A stretch of 64,000 nucleotides of DNA, taken from the NCBI GenBank assembly GCA_040285745.1, contig JAUFOR010000001.1:558001-622000 (forward strand), written 5' to 3'. Made by a program: the position numbers and the translations under genes. Below the pieces are notes generated by a model. The model saw nothing but the letters and a program-made list of their open reading frames with translations, was not told the DNA's origin and made no database searches. Source of the DNA: Barthelona sp. PCE. Lineage: Eukaryota. Of the stretch, positions 1 to 10,827 are shown one piece after another. Positions within the stretch are counted from its first letter, which is position 1. Every line of letters starts with the position of its first letter.

Positions 1-135
1 AATATCGCAGAAAGAGGTAAAAAAAAATACGACAATCCTCTCAAAACACAAGGCTTCTAAAAAGATATTCATTTACTGTAGAACGTTAATCTCAGCCATC
101 AACATAAACTTAATGAGAACAAGTCCATGAGACGA

Positions 136-501
136 TTACATTCCTTTGCGATCGGAACGAGGTCTAAAACATCGTTCCACTGGTAATTCAGAAATAATAC
201 CAGGGTGTAGCTTCATAAAAACACAAGCATCCTCGTCGTAAGTGCATAGATAATGTGCCAAAGATGGCTGAATTAATAAAAACTCAGAAATAATGGTGCT
301 ACTTATGTTTTCGTTATAATACCCCAATAAAAACAACTCCTTCATCATCGAATCTGGGTCATATACTGAAAAAACAAAAAATTTATCAAAAAATGATGAA
401 TTTTCTACATTTATATCAAATGTCTCTTCCCCAAACGTCAAAACCTGTTCAATTTCAGTCCTGAACAGATCAAGCAGTGACTTTAGCCGTTCATTTTGCA
501 T
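136..501 (-). CDS. Hypothetical protein, 121 aa
   Basis: ATG-started ORF packed 12 bp behind the Cpn10 gene; no family recognised. Confidence 0.55.
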   Translation of the reverse strand: MQNERLKSLLDLFRTEIEQVLTFGEETFDINVENSSFFDKFFVFSVYDPDSMMKELFLLGYYNENISSTIISEFLLIQPSLAHYLCTYDEDACVFMKLHPGIISELPVERCFRPRSDRKGM

Positions 502-513
502 GAAAAGGAATCA

Positions 514-786
514 TTATTGCAAAACAGCCAAAATATCTGCAAAATCAACAAATGCATGATTTTCACCACCAAACGACAATGTATCCCGGTTAAACTTGGG
601 TAATACTAATATATCACCCCTATCAAAAGCAACAATATTCTCATCTAAAGCAATAACCTCACCAAAACGCGGTTGTTCATCTGATTTAACAATAATATCA
701 CTGTGAATAGGCTTATGAAGAAGCTTTACAAGCACTCTATTGAGTAGAGGCTTGATGCGAGAAGGGTTAACATCCATTTTACACAT
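514..786 (-). CDS. cpn10: Divergent chaperonin-10 (GroES/Hsp10 family); start may be the ATG at 777
   Basis: IKPLLNRVLVK N-terminus, GEVIAL, GDILVLPKF, GGENHAFVDFADILAVL C-terminus; ~90 aa, typical size. Confidence 0.8.
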   Translation of the reverse strand: MCKMDVNPSRIKPLLNRVLVKLLHKPIHSDIIVKSDEQPRFGEVIALDENIVAFDRGDILVLPKFNRDTLSFGGENHAFVDFADILAVLQ

Positions 787-820
787 TAAAATTTAACAAA
801 TCGAAACTGTATCATATATA

Positions 821-2572
821 TCACACAGGGACTCGTATATATCTAGTTCTCTTTCGTCTAAAACAACAAAAAAACTTCAACAGAATTTTTATCATTAAAA
901 CAGGCAAAAAAAATAAAATTCTCAACAAAGGTTTAAAACAACAACAACAGTTGCAACAGAAGCATAAAAGCAATAAACCGACAACAAAACATATGAGCAC
1001 TAAAGCAGAAGAAAATGATGTACCCAAACAGTGCTGGTAGTAACACATCGGATCCAAAAGACATGGACACACTGAGTTTCCAAAAATGACTGTACCGTTA
1101 TAGGGTTGCAACGTGGGAGCTGTCAACTCACGGTCAGTTACTGAGGCTTCAAAAAAAACTGTATCCAAAACTGTTGCACGCACGTTCAATAATACTACAT
1201 AGCACTTCACCTGTGCGAATGCCAGTCCTCCAATTTGGAAATGAGCATAAACACTTTTAATCATACCAGAATCGATTGAAAACCTTGGCATTTCCATAAA
1301 GTCTACATCACTCTCTCCAGTACAGTTATCGAGTGCTATGGAATATACTGAAGTGAATGGCCCATAGTTAAGCACCTTAAACCGCACGTCAACAACCTCT
1401 CCTGCTTCAGATTCACTATTTAATACATTAACTGCCTTAAATCGAGCAGGCGACAGATTGATAACCTGTTTCATATTGTCAGCTTTTACCTCCAGCGTTA
1501 AAACTGCAGATGGGAAATTTTCAACATCCTCAATGAATAACCCGTATTTATCCACGCTTAAGGGTCCAAAACGATCACCATGATACAAAGGAGCACTGCC
1601 ACCGGCTACACGCATCACATCCTCCTCGTGTAAATCATCTGGTTGGTTCCTTAAACATTCATTAGGGACCTTAGAACAAAATGATCCCACGGAATAAAAT
1701 CCGCTATAAGAAACACCAATCTTGTTGCATTCGTTACCGTTAAGGGAGACCATGTTATCTGGCACGATAAGCGAACGATTAGTATCGGTGTCTAACAAAA
1801 AGTATTGACCATACAACATTGGAGGAGATGTGTATGATGAAAGTGAACCATGGAGTGATAACAAAACGTCATTGCTTCGAGATATATCGGTTTTTCTGGT
1901 TGGTGACACTCTTACAACATCATTTTCCAAATCATTATAACTAACATCACACTGAACACTAAACACTCTTGTTGACCTACCAATAACAAATGCATGCCAT
2001 TTTGATCCATCCTCGGGAAACCTAAGGCAGTGAGCCGTCATCTTTGTTCCAAACAGTGAACAATCATTGTTACCACGCGGTTTATCTCCAAAATCAAATA
2101 TAGTACCAGGACTACAAGAGCAACACTTTCCTTGACTGTATGGTATGGGATTTTCGTTGGACTCATACTTCCATCCACAAGTTGTTTCATCTAAACTGTC
2201 ATCACTATCGCGGCATCCAAAAAGTGAAGTGGGGATCACTTCCTCCACAGGCCGCCCGTGAAATGTGCGAGTATATGTCAGTTCATGATATATAGAAGCC
2301 TGTGTCTGTGAGCACTTAACCGAAATTGAATTTTCAAACTCAACCACCGTTCGGGATGAATCATCTGTAGCTTTACTGACAGAAAACTCAAACTCCTCCG
2401 AACTATTGCCTAAAGAATCCACAGTCATGAGAATAACAAGTTTTTTATCACAACTAATATTTCCAGGCGAATTTTCGCAAACAGAAAGGGTTGCGCTGGA
2501 TAAAAGTGCACAGCTTCCGAACGCAATCACCCCAAAAAGGAATAATGCAATACGAAAAATATGAAAAATCAT
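821..2572 (-). CDS. HAP2: HAP2/GCS1 gamete fusogen (class II fusion protein)
   Basis: Signal peptide; CDKKLVI, SQGKCCSC, TAHCLRF, NGNECNKIGVSYSGF, CLRNQP motifs; C-terminal TM followed by Cys-rich and basic tail. Confidence 0.93.
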   Translation of the reverse strand: MIFHIFRIALFLFGVIAFGSCALLSSATLSVCENSPGNISCDKKLVILMTVDSLGNSSEEFEFSVSKATDDSSRTVVEFENSISVKCSQTQASIYHELTYTRTFHGRPVEEVIPTSLFGCRDSDDSLDETTCGWKYESNENPIPYSQGKCCSCSPGTIFDFGDKPRGNNDCSLFGTKMTAHCLRFPEDGSKWHAFVIGRSTRVFSVQCDVSYNDLENDVVRVSPTRKTDISRSNDVLLSLHGSLSSYTSPPMLYGQYFLLDTDTNRSLIVPDNMVSLNGNECNKIGVSYSGFYSVGSFCSKVPNECLRNQPDDLHEEDVMRVAGGSAPLYHGDRFGPLSVDKYGLFIEDVENFPSAVLTLEVKADNMKQVINLSPARFKAVNVLNSESEAGEVVDVRFKVLNYGPFTSVYSIALDNCTGESDVDFMEMPRFSIDSGMIKSVYAHFQIGGLAFAQVKCYVVLLNVRATVLDTVFFEASVTDRELTAPTLQPYNGTVIFGNSVCPCLLDPMCYYQHCLGTSFSSALVLICFVVGLLLLCFCCNCCCCFKPLLRILFFLPVLMIKILLKFFCCFRRKRTRYIRVPV

Positions 2573-2597
2573 TAAACAACTCCGTTTTACTCATTTC

Positions 2598-3329
2598 TTA
2601 CAGATCTTTCTCAGCAATCTCGTGTAGCAGCGCATCTACGGCCTGTACATCCATTAAACGCCATTTAGGATCCTCAACAGTTACCAAACCTACTTCCAAC
2701 TCAGAAGCAATTAGTGGCGCATCGATAGCAGTCTGTAAAGTATGTAGGCCCAGCTCGGTTGCCTCCTCGATGGTCTTACACAGACCATTCTCCCTGTACG
2801 CCTTCTCAAGTAAATCTGTCGCTTCGTGCTGCTTAATACCAATAGAAATTGCATTATACCCATGAACAACAGCACCAGGATTAGTGTGATACAGCAAAGG
2901 ACCCTTCTCCTTATCGATTCCATAGCCGATAACAGATGTAATGAAACAACGGACACCAACATACTGAGAATTCAACTGGAATCGGTCAGCTATGCGTGTG
3001 ACAAGCGTATCAACAGGAATGTGATAACCATAATCTTGAAGGTGCTCCACGGAGTACTGAATCGCCATTAAACGTACTGTCATACAATCAGCCAATCTTC
3101 CTGTAAGAGCAATTGCTGTACTTTCAGTGATTGGATACTGCCACTTAATAGAATCTGGGTCGGTGAGCTTATCGTGGATTTTCTTCTGTGTAATGACAAC
3201 GACACCATCTTCAGACTTAAGGGCTACTGTGGTCTGGCCACAGTTACGTACAGCATCTGATGCGAATTCTAGTTGCAGAATGTGCCCGCTCACGTTGAAT
3301 ACTGATAATTGCTTGTCGAAACTTGACAT
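2598..3329 (-). CDS. PSMA6: 20S proteasome alpha subunit (alpha1/type-6-like)
   Basis: FDKQLSVFNVSGHILQLEFA, VVITQKKIHDKL, YGYHIPVDTL, GPLLYHTNP, SELEVGLVT. Confidence 0.85.
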   Translation of the reverse strand: MSSFDKQLSVFNVSGHILQLEFASDAVRNCGQTTVALKSEDGVVVITQKKIHDKLTDPDSIKWQYPITESTAIALTGRLADCMTVRLMAIQYSVEHLQDYGYHIPVDTLVTRIADRFQLNSQYVGVRCFITSVIGYGIDKEKGPLLYHTNPGAVVHGYNAISIGIKQHEATDLLEKAYRENGLCKTIEEATELGLHTLQTAIDAPLIASELEVGLVTVEDPKWRLMDVQAVDALLHEIAEKDL

Positions 3330-3518
3330 GTTTTGAGAGAAAAACGAGAGAAAATGTGAAACATTTTGCGAAAGTTATTACCGCGTGTATAAATGACTCC
3401 AAACCCTATAACGCAACAAATTTAGCGAATGTGCACCAATGACGTTCCAAATATGCATCCTACTTTTCCGTTTTTGCTTTCACTACCCTCTCTTTACATA
3501 AATCTTTAAATTGCATCC

Positions 3519-3980
3519 ATGAAAGTCAGGTGGAATCCAGAAGACACATCAAAGTGGAACATAGTCCGTAAACACATTCAGAACCATGATTACCGTAAGG
3601 TCCTAGCACAAAGTGAATGGTTTGTCGCGACAACGATATTCCTGCCGAACAGGCTCCAAGTGCCCATTGCATATGTACATCAGCAGAATGCTGCTCAAAA
3701 AGCAAAACGCCCAAAGAAGAAGCGTCGCGTTATGAAGCGCGTTGAGAGACCAAAAGCATCGCAGCCTCGTCCCAAGGCTCCACAGGAGAAGGCTGTTGAA
3801 CAAAATGTACCACAAACTGTCGATCAACAGCAACCAGCTCAAACTTTGCAAGCCCAACCTTCTGAAAATCCTTCAACTTCTTCACCACAACCTGCCGCAC
3901 CCAGACCGCGCAGACGCGTATCGTCGCGTCCCACTGGACGTACTCGTAGAACTGTTGCTAAATCGGTAAGTCACGTTTAA
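3519..3980 (+). CDS. Hypothetical basic, Pro/Gln-rich protein with NLS-like segments
   Basis: 153-aa ATG ORF; KRPKKKRR and RPRRR clusters, disordered C-terminal half. Confidence 0.6.
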   Translation: MKVRWNPEDTSKWNIVRKHIQNHDYRKVLAQSEWFVATTIFLPNRLQVPIAYVHQQNAAQKAKRPKKKRRVMKRVERPKASQPRPKAPQEKAVEQNVPQTVDQQQPAQTLQAQPSENPSTSSPQPAAPRPRRRVSSRPTGRTRRTVAKSVSHV

Positions 3981-4054
3981 CAATTAATAAAATATCCCGT
4001 TTTTATTAGTTCTCCTCTTTTTACACAAATTATAAAAGTGCATATGGGTACAAA

Positions 4055-7000
4055 ATGCATCGTTTTCATCTAAACTTGGGGTTTTTCCTTTTACTTCTTT
4101 TGTTTTTTCAAGCAATCAACGGTACTACAATCCACATTGATAATGTTGACGGGAAAGACACCAATGACGGTTCTCCTGAGCACCCGCTTGCTTCAATGCT
4201 TCGAGCTGCACATTTATGCAAAAGTATGATTTGTACTTGGTCTCTTAAGCTGACTGGTGAGGTTTACGTTCTGTCAGACGCTAGGATATCGCACTCCCTC
4301 GAACTAATTTACGACAATTTCACTCTACCTAGACCAGAAGTCCTTTTTGAATCGGTTAGTATCTCTGCACAGTTGAACACTTCAAATATCAAGCTAGACA
4401 TGCAATCTGCGTGCGTGCATGCGTTGCAGGGAATCAACAGCAGCATATCGTGGAGTACATCCGGATGCATGACATGTTATGATGTATCACTTTTTTCTTC
4501 ACAAATCATAATGCATGAGATCAACATCTTATTCAGTAACTACACTCTCATGAACTCTTCGTGGACCCTTGAGCACTCAACGCTCGTTGTCAAGCAGATG
4601 ATATCTACTTTGCACACTCAACATTCCAGTATTCTTTTTAGAGATAGCTCTGTTTCCTTTGACGATGATGTATGCAACAGCTCTGTTCCTGGATGCATGG
4701 TGCATTTTGGAAGCCGTAGTAATATGCTGAGTTCGGTCACTCTTGAGCATGTCAGGTTTCATCGAACATTCTCACCTGTTTTTGTACATTTTGCAGCTTG
4801 CAATATTTCTATTTCAAACGTGTACACGTTTGCCTCCATCCATCTGTTAGTTTCTGAAGAAAACAATGGTATGAAACTGTCCTCAATCATTTTTGATTCA
4901 TTTAGACTAAACTCCGAACACACTACATATCTTAAACTTGAGTATTATGGCTTCTTTGCGCTTGAAACAAGTTGGATGATTGACAATGTGTATAATGTAG
5001 ATAGCATTGATATCTGTTCTGCATCCAGGTCACCAAGACTAGAGCTAACTAATGTTACATCACTGTACACAATTTCTATAACAGCGATGGACATCGAATA
5101 TATGGCATCCGATATGAGAAGTAGCACGTTCCAGACACTGGAGCTGGACTCAGTGGGTAACACTGATATGACAAACATACATATTCTTCAGGGACAGCTT
5201 TTAGTTTTTTCACCTTTTGTGTATATTGAGGACTCTTCGTTCTACTCTGTGTATTCGTCTTCTTTTAAGTCATTCACAGCACTTTCAACAAAAGTTAACG
5301 GGGAATTAGACATTACCGGTTTACTTGCTCTTTTTAGTAGTAGCATAGTGTATTCTTGTGATCTAAAGGTTAATACGTTAGAATTTACTAACATCACTTT
5401 CATAACTTCAAAGTACAGGTGTGGTAGGCATAAATGGTATATCAATACATCAAGATTGAAAGGAGACCGACTTATCTTCAAAAAAGACCCTCAATGTCAT
5501 GTCAACGGTGAGGCAACCTTTATTCTTACGATCGTGAAGGATTGGAAGGCTACATTCACAAGAATTAAAAACGTATCCATTATAGAGTCACCTGTTCTTT
5601 TTAGATTCAAGAATTCACCCGATTACACCATTTCTCTTTATGATTTCACGTTCATTGGCGTGCAAACAAACAGCACAGTCATCGCTGCATCCTCTCAAAT
5701 ATGGATTGTGAACTTCAGAGTTGAGGAATGTATCTTCCTCAATGATTTTTTCCATCCCCTTGTTGGTTCCAAATTGGTATTCATGAGCGTTAAAAATTCT
5801 CTATTCATCAACTCAACCATCAGAGGATTTCCCATTGATTATTTGCGGGATACAAAATTCATCAATATCAATCTTTTAAGCAGTTTTCTCACAATCAATG
5901 AGCCTACTGTTTTTAAGAATTTAGTATTCAACGGAATAGAACGCAACGTACATGGTTTGAGCTATCCGGTGTTTGAGCTAACAAAAATCGATGCAGACCA
6001 CTTTCCTACGCTTCAATTTTTAAATGTCAACATCACCAACATGCGAAGATTTGATTTTTTCATTCATTCAGGCTGTGAAGCGACATCATTGGTCGTCATA
6101 AAGTCCATGATCTGTGTTAATTCCATATTTAAGAAAGGGTTAATACAGGGCTCCCATTTCACAATATCGTTCAGTGATTTCGTTGATATCACATCCGTGT
6201 ATGGTCTTTTTATCCATGACAGGGAGGGGGACATCGTGGAGTACCCGTCGTCTAACATTAATAATTGTACATTCTCAATTATTGATGTTCATCTAGGTTC
6301 TTTGATTTTTTGCTTCAACAATTGTTCGAGTACTGTCATATATTCATCGTTCTTCAGTGTGACGGGTGGGATTGCAGGAATTATTAGTTCAGTGGATAAC
6401 CTTGAATTCAGCCTACACGAATCAGAGCTGCGATACTTTAGTGGAAGAACTGCACCATTGGCGTATGCACAAAACATAGAGGTGTTCATGCATGATGTTG
6501 TGATGCAGCCCATTCCCTATGTCAACTCAACGTTCCCGAACGCCTTGTTCTTGGGCGATGATGTTTTTATTGAAATGGGAGGTTGCATTAAGTTATACTC
6601 GGTAAGATCTCCACACGAGGGACAGATGAGGTTCTCCAGAGGATACAGCAACAACACAGTGGTTTTTTTCAGTGATTTAGACGTCATGACCTTTGTGAGG
6701 AACCAGAGTATGGTGTGGAATCCTTCACTGTTTCATATACGATTGCAGGGTTCCGTTGTTAATCTTTGGTACCAGCAGTTCGCTGGTATCCCCGATTTCC
6801 TACGCGTGGATATTGTTTTCACACGCAATTACAACATATTGACATCTGATACAACTATTCCCGTTGAATGTTTGAACGTTAAAGAGCATGTCACCACAAC
6901 AGAAATAACCCCGCACCCGTTTAGACTGCCTGAATCACCTGATACCTTATTCTTTCGATTGGCGTTTGACGTGAAAAACTACCAAAAATCTACTGAGTAT

Positions 7001-8758
7001 GTTTGGTTGATTGATGGATTCCCTGTCATTCCGATTCACACATCAGCCAGCACCATCAACGTCACTGCGCCGCGGATACTGCTGCCAGGAGAAGAGAGCA
7101 CGATAAAAGTCTTTGGTCGAAATCTCTCGATTGAGATGAAGGTCATCTTGCCATTGTGTGACAGTGGATACCACATTGATTTCGTCAGAACAGAGCCACA
7201 TTGCACCCCCTGCCCGGTTGGATCACTTAGCTTTCAGTTTGGTAAGTCCCATATGTGTCAGTCACAATACGATGCTTTAGATGATAGATACTCCCAACTT
7301 GCCCTGATCACTGGATCAAAGTACCAGATCTCACCCGGTAATTTTGTGTACGAATATGAATGGAATGGAGAATTGAGTACAGTCTTATTAAAGTGTCGCG
7401 ATGATTCATCTTGCACTGGTGGATTTAGTGTTGCTTCTGGGTATTCTGGTTTGCGGCACGATGAGAAAATGATACGCACAATGAAACAAAGAAATACTGG
7501 ATGCGTTGAAGGCAAATATGGTTTTTTATGTGAACAATGTGAACAAAATGGGTTCGTGGTTAAAACTCCTTTTACTGGTACATGTATCACTTGTCCCTCC
7601 CTGTACATGTCATTAATGTATCTATTTCTGTTTTTAATGACCATATTTCTTTCAATTTTTATCATGTGGTGGGCTTTTGAGAAACTATCTTCTTCAGCAG
7701 ATTTAAAGAATGCTTCAAGGAAATTAGGTGCGTTTTGGATCACAATGAGATGCATAGCACATCTTTTACCCATCACAATTACTTGTTTTCACATAAGCAC
7801 ATCTTCATATTTATCCATTTTGAATTCTCTTGTTTTGCCTGGTTCAATTCTAGAATGCCTGGCATTCCACTTCAATATAAGTGAACATTACTCCCCTCAA
7901 TTCAATTTAATGTTAACCAGTGGTCTACAGGTAGTTTTAACTCTTATCCCGCTTTTAACTTTGCTTACCTATAGATGTCTGAACAGGTCACATGTCACCA
8001 GAAGAGATTGCCCAAACATGTTAGAGGATTTCTTTTACAGCCTAAGTGATTTCTTTATCAATATAACTAGCACCTTTATTCTTTCTTTCGCTATCTTAGT
8101 ATGGTTTCAATTTAAAGTTGAAATATTAAATATTAGCAATGTGGGGTTGCATATGGGTATCATAACATTTAAATCTAGATCTTTTCTGAATGTTTCAAAC
8201 GATTATGTTGATCTATTGGATTTTCAAATTCTTTATAGCTTTTTTGCCTTGGCATGGTTAGTGTTTTGTTATATATGGATTGCTAAATCGTCGAAACACC
8301 ACAAGAAGACCTTTTATAATGGCGTTTTAAAGAATTTTTTCAAAAGTTTTGATTTTGGCGTTCTGATATTGCGAGTTGTTGTTGTCACCTTTATTCTTTC
8401 TACCGACTATTTCATCATACCTGTGATCCTATACTTCTGTGCATTGTCTTCTGTTCGTTTATTTAAACCTTTCGTCTTGGAATCGGACACTGTCAGATAC
8501 AGTAACTTCTTCCTAATTTCTGTTTTTGTAACCTGTCTTTTCCTGGCATTTGAGCTTCCATTCAGCGTAACGGTATTTGCGTTGTCACTGCTAACATTCA
8601 TGATTTTGCTTGAAAGAAGGGTAAGTGAGCTTAGTACTCGTGGTTTTGGATTTAATAAGCGTTTTTATGGAAAAAAAACATCTATACCTTCAGAAACATT
8701 GGGATCTGTGTTTAATCTTGAGAATTTAGACTCTGAGCTGCTCAAAAAATCAATGTAA
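4055..8758 (+). CDS. Large surface protein: signal peptide, beta-helix-like ectodomain, Cys-rich juxtamembrane region, multi-pass TM domain
   Basis: IHIDNVDGKDTNDGSPEHPLAS (pectin-lyase-like N-terminal motif), CTPCPVG, GCVEGKYGFLCEQC, many C-terminal hydrophobic helices. Confidence 0.75.
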   Translation: MHRFHLNLGFFLLLLLFFQAINGTTIHIDNVDGKDTNDGSPEHPLASMLRAAHLCKSMICTWSLKLTGEVYVLSDARISHSLELIYDNFTLPRPEVLFESVSISAQLNTSNIKLDMQSACVHALQGINSSISWSTSGCMTCYDVSLFSSQIIMHEINILFSNYTLMNSSWTLEHSTLVVKQMISTLHTQHSSILFRDSSVSFDDDVCNSSVPGCMVHFGSRSNMLSSVTLEHVRFHRTFSPVFVHFAACNISISNVYTFASIHLLVSEENNGMKLSSIIFDSFRLNSEHTTYLKLEYYGFFALETSWMIDNVYNVDSIDICSASRSPRLELTNVTSLYTISITAMDIEYMASDMRSSTFQTLELDSVGNTDMTNIHILQGQLLVFSPFVYIEDSSFYSVYSSSFKSFTALSTKVNGELDITGLLALFSSSIVYSCDLKVNTLEFTNITFITSKYRCGRHKWYINTSRLKGDRLIFKKDPQCHVNGEATFILTIVKDWKATFTRIKNVSIIESPVLFRFKNSPDYTISLYDFTFIGVQTNSTVIAASSQIWIVNFRVEECIFLNDFFHPLVGSKLVFMSVKNSLFINSTIRGFPIDYLRDTKFININLLSSFLTINEPTVFKNLVFNGIERNVHGLSYPVFELTKIDADHFPTLQFLNVNITNMRRFDFFIHSGCEATSLVVIKSMICVNSIFKKGLIQGSHFTISFSDFVDITSVYGLFIHDREGDIVEYPSSNINNCTFSIIDVHLGSLIFCFNNCSSTVIYSSFFSVTGGIAGIISSVDNLEFSLHESELRYFSGRTAPLAYAQNIEVFMHDVVMQPIPYVNSTFPNALFLGDDVFIEMGGCIKLYSVRSPHEGQMRFSRGYSNNTVVFFSDLDVMTFVRNQSMVWNPSLFHIRLQGSVVNLWYQQFAGIPDFLRVDIVFTRNYNILTSDTTIPVECLNVKEHVTTTEITPHPFRLPESPDTLFFRLAFDVKNYQKSTEYVWLIDGFPVIPIHTSASTINVTAPRILLPGEESTIKVFGRNLSIEMKVILPLCDSGYHIDFVRTEPHCTPCPVGSLSFQFGKSHMCQSQYDALDDRYSQLALITGSKYQISPGNFVYEYEWNGELSTVLLKCRDDSSCTGGFSVASGYSGLRHDEKMIRTMKQRNTGCVEGKYGFLCEQCEQNGFVVKTPFTGTCITCPSLYMSLMYLFLFLMTIFLSIFIMWWAFEKLSSSADLKNASRKLGAFWITMRCIAHLLPITITCFHISTSSYLSILNSLVLPGSILECLAFHFNISEHYSPQFNLMLTSGLQVVLTLIPLLTLLTYRCLNRSHVTRRDCPNMLEDFFYSLSDFFINITSTFILSFAILVWFQFKVEILNISNVGLHMGIITFKSRSFLNVSNDYVDLLDFQILYSFFALAWLVFCYIWIAKSSKHHKKTFYNGVLKNFFKSFDFGVLILRVVVVTFILSTDYFIIPVILYFCALSSVRLFKPFVLESDTVRYSNFFLISVFVTCLFLAFELPFSVTVFALSLLTFMILLERRVSELSTRGFGFNKRFYGKKTSIPSETLGSVFNLENLDSELLKKSM

Positions 8759-8843
8759 ATATCTTTATTGCAGAAATGTCTTGGTTTTGCTTTTTGCTCT
8801 CTTTCATCAACCATTTATTGGTGATTGTACCACTGTTTAAGTC

Positions 8844-10685
8844 ATGCCACAACCAAAATCTACCGTTACTGAACACTTTACATTTACACCAATTGGTTTC
8901 AATGATAAAACAATCGTTTCTAGTAATAATGAGTCATTAAATACCAATAATGTTTGCCTTGTCGGTAAGCATAGGGGGATTATACATGGGCCGCCCATTG
9001 ACGGATCTTCAGCAGCAGAAAATATTAAGTGGTGTATGTTAAGACATTCATTGTTGGATCATAATATATTTTACCGCAGTGCCCGAGTGGGAAATGCTGG
9101 TACGGTTGTGGAATTGTTTGAATTTACTGAAGGGAAATTTTTTTTGACAAAAAGAATCAATCTCCCAGTTTTTGACCTTCCAATTTGTTTAAACAAAAGG
9201 TTCCTGTTCACCAAACAGGGAGTTGATGCATTTGGCATAAGATTAGAATTCATAGATCTTCAAATAGACACCATCCATCACTCAGACATTGTTCTTCGCC
9301 CAAACATCGAGTTCTTCGTTCATAATGGGGTTGCATACATGCTCTGTGATTTGAGCGTCATTGCTATGATCCTATTTACAGACCAAGGTTTACCAACCGT
9401 TAGTGAATGTACACCTCTGTTTGAGTTTCAGTGTTTCGCCTTGGATCGCACCCCTGGCGACAATGCCATGATTATAAAACGAGACAATGCGCTTTTTAGA
9501 CCATGTGTGGGCGATAATGATGAGGTAAACCTTCTTCCTTATGACGGAAAGTTTCCAGTTGAGTACAACACAAAAAAAATTGAATTTGTGCGCATTTTAG
9601 ACGTCACTATACCTCACCCCAGCGTCAATTTTCCAGGCATTTGTTGTGCTGAGTGGGATTTTGTACTATTAGATGGTGAAGTATATTGCACAAGCTATGG
9701 CTCACAAGGAGGAACCGATTTTTACCGATTATCCAAGCAGGAACTGGCCTGTTTGTTTGTTTTGAACTCCGAGGATGTTCCCTTTTCCCATAAAGTAAGA
9801 TCGGTAAAAGATGCTCCTATTGTGTTTGAATATTTTTTTAATTCAATTACAATATTGAATACAACCCAAGAACTACAAAGTATGCGCAGATTCTATGATA
9901 GTGAAGCGCAGAGATGGGATAGAGGATACGTAACAGAAAATTGTGGAAAAATCCGCGTTTTCATTGGAGAGACTGAGATGATTTCATTCGACCAATGTGA
10001 ATACAGTAGTGAGCCACACGATACCATCTTTAACAGGTATCATCATGCAACACAACAACCAGAAAAACAGTATTCTACAGTGCTTAATTGTGCTCCAATA
10101 TCAATGTTTATGATTCAATTCTTTGATATTGTTGGCAATAATGTATGGTTCACCAATGACTTGACGGATCTAAACCACATGGTTTTAAGCCAAGAAACTG
10201 GGGAAATTACATATTCTGAAACATACTCTTTGGGAGAATGCTGTGATGAATTAATTACTAATCAATATTGTGAAAATGAGATATTCATAGTGACTGAAAG
10301 TAGTCGTTTCTTTGTGAGATATGAGCCTGAAGAAGAGGACTATATGTTTATTGAGTTGGATTATGACGAGGAAGAAATGCATGAACCATTATTCATTGAT
10401 GAGAGTCTGCTGGTTATTAACAGTATTGCGTATGAGTTTGACTACGACAGCGTATCAAACACGTGGGATGTACAGCTGCAGTATGCGGATTTAGACAGAG
10501 ATAATTTATTTTCGCCCAATCGAAGAGTTGCTGTTGAATATGAGAATTTTGGTGATTATAACGTTAATGTGAATATAAGAACATTTGACGGCAGCGGTTT
10601 CACCAAAGAAACAAAGGAAGTGAATATGATTGAGTTCCTATCCAACTGCGATGTCAGTGTTCTATCTTTTAATAATAGCGAATAA
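8844..10685 (+). CDS. Lineage-specific ~600-aa beta-rich family protein (copy 1)
   Basis: 613-aa ORF sharing FxPxG(F/Y), NVWF and C-terminal NxxEfL..C(D/E) patterns with the next two loci. Confidence 0.7.
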   Translation: MPQPKSTVTEHFTFTPIGFNDKTIVSSNNESLNTNNVCLVGKHRGIIHGPPIDGSSAAENIKWCMLRHSLLDHNIFYRSARVGNAGTVVELFEFTEGKFFLTKRINLPVFDLPICLNKRFLFTKQGVDAFGIRLEFIDLQIDTIHHSDIVLRPNIEFFVHNGVAYMLCDLSVIAMILFTDQGLPTVSECTPLFEFQCFALDRTPGDNAMIIKRDNALFRPCVGDNDEVNLLPYDGKFPVEYNTKKIEFVRILDVTIPHPSVNFPGICCAEWDFVLLDGEVYCTSYGSQGGTDFYRLSKQELACLFVLNSEDVPFSHKVRSVKDAPIVFEYFFNSITILNTTQELQSMRRFYDSEAQRWDRGYVTENCGKIRVFIGETEMISFDQCEYSSEPHDTIFNRYHHATQQPEKQYSTVLNCAPISMFMIQFFDIVGNNVWFTNDLTDLNHMVLSQETGEITYSETYSLGECCDELITNQYCENEIFIVTESSRFFVRYEPEEEDYMFIELDYDEEEMHEPLFIDESLLVINSIAYEFDYDSVSNTWDVQLQYADLDRDNLFSPNRRVAVEYENFGDYNVNVNIRTFDGSGFTKETKEVNMIEFLSNCDVSVLSFNNSE

Positions 10686-10827
10686 TTGGCAATGAAATCG
10701 TCTAGTAAATGTGTGTGTACATCATAATAATGTTAACTTCTGCAAACAAATCTACCATTAATATGTTTTGTAATTGATACCTCTTTTCAAAGGGCTTTCT
10801 TTTGTTTGTTTGTTTGTTTGGAATTGA

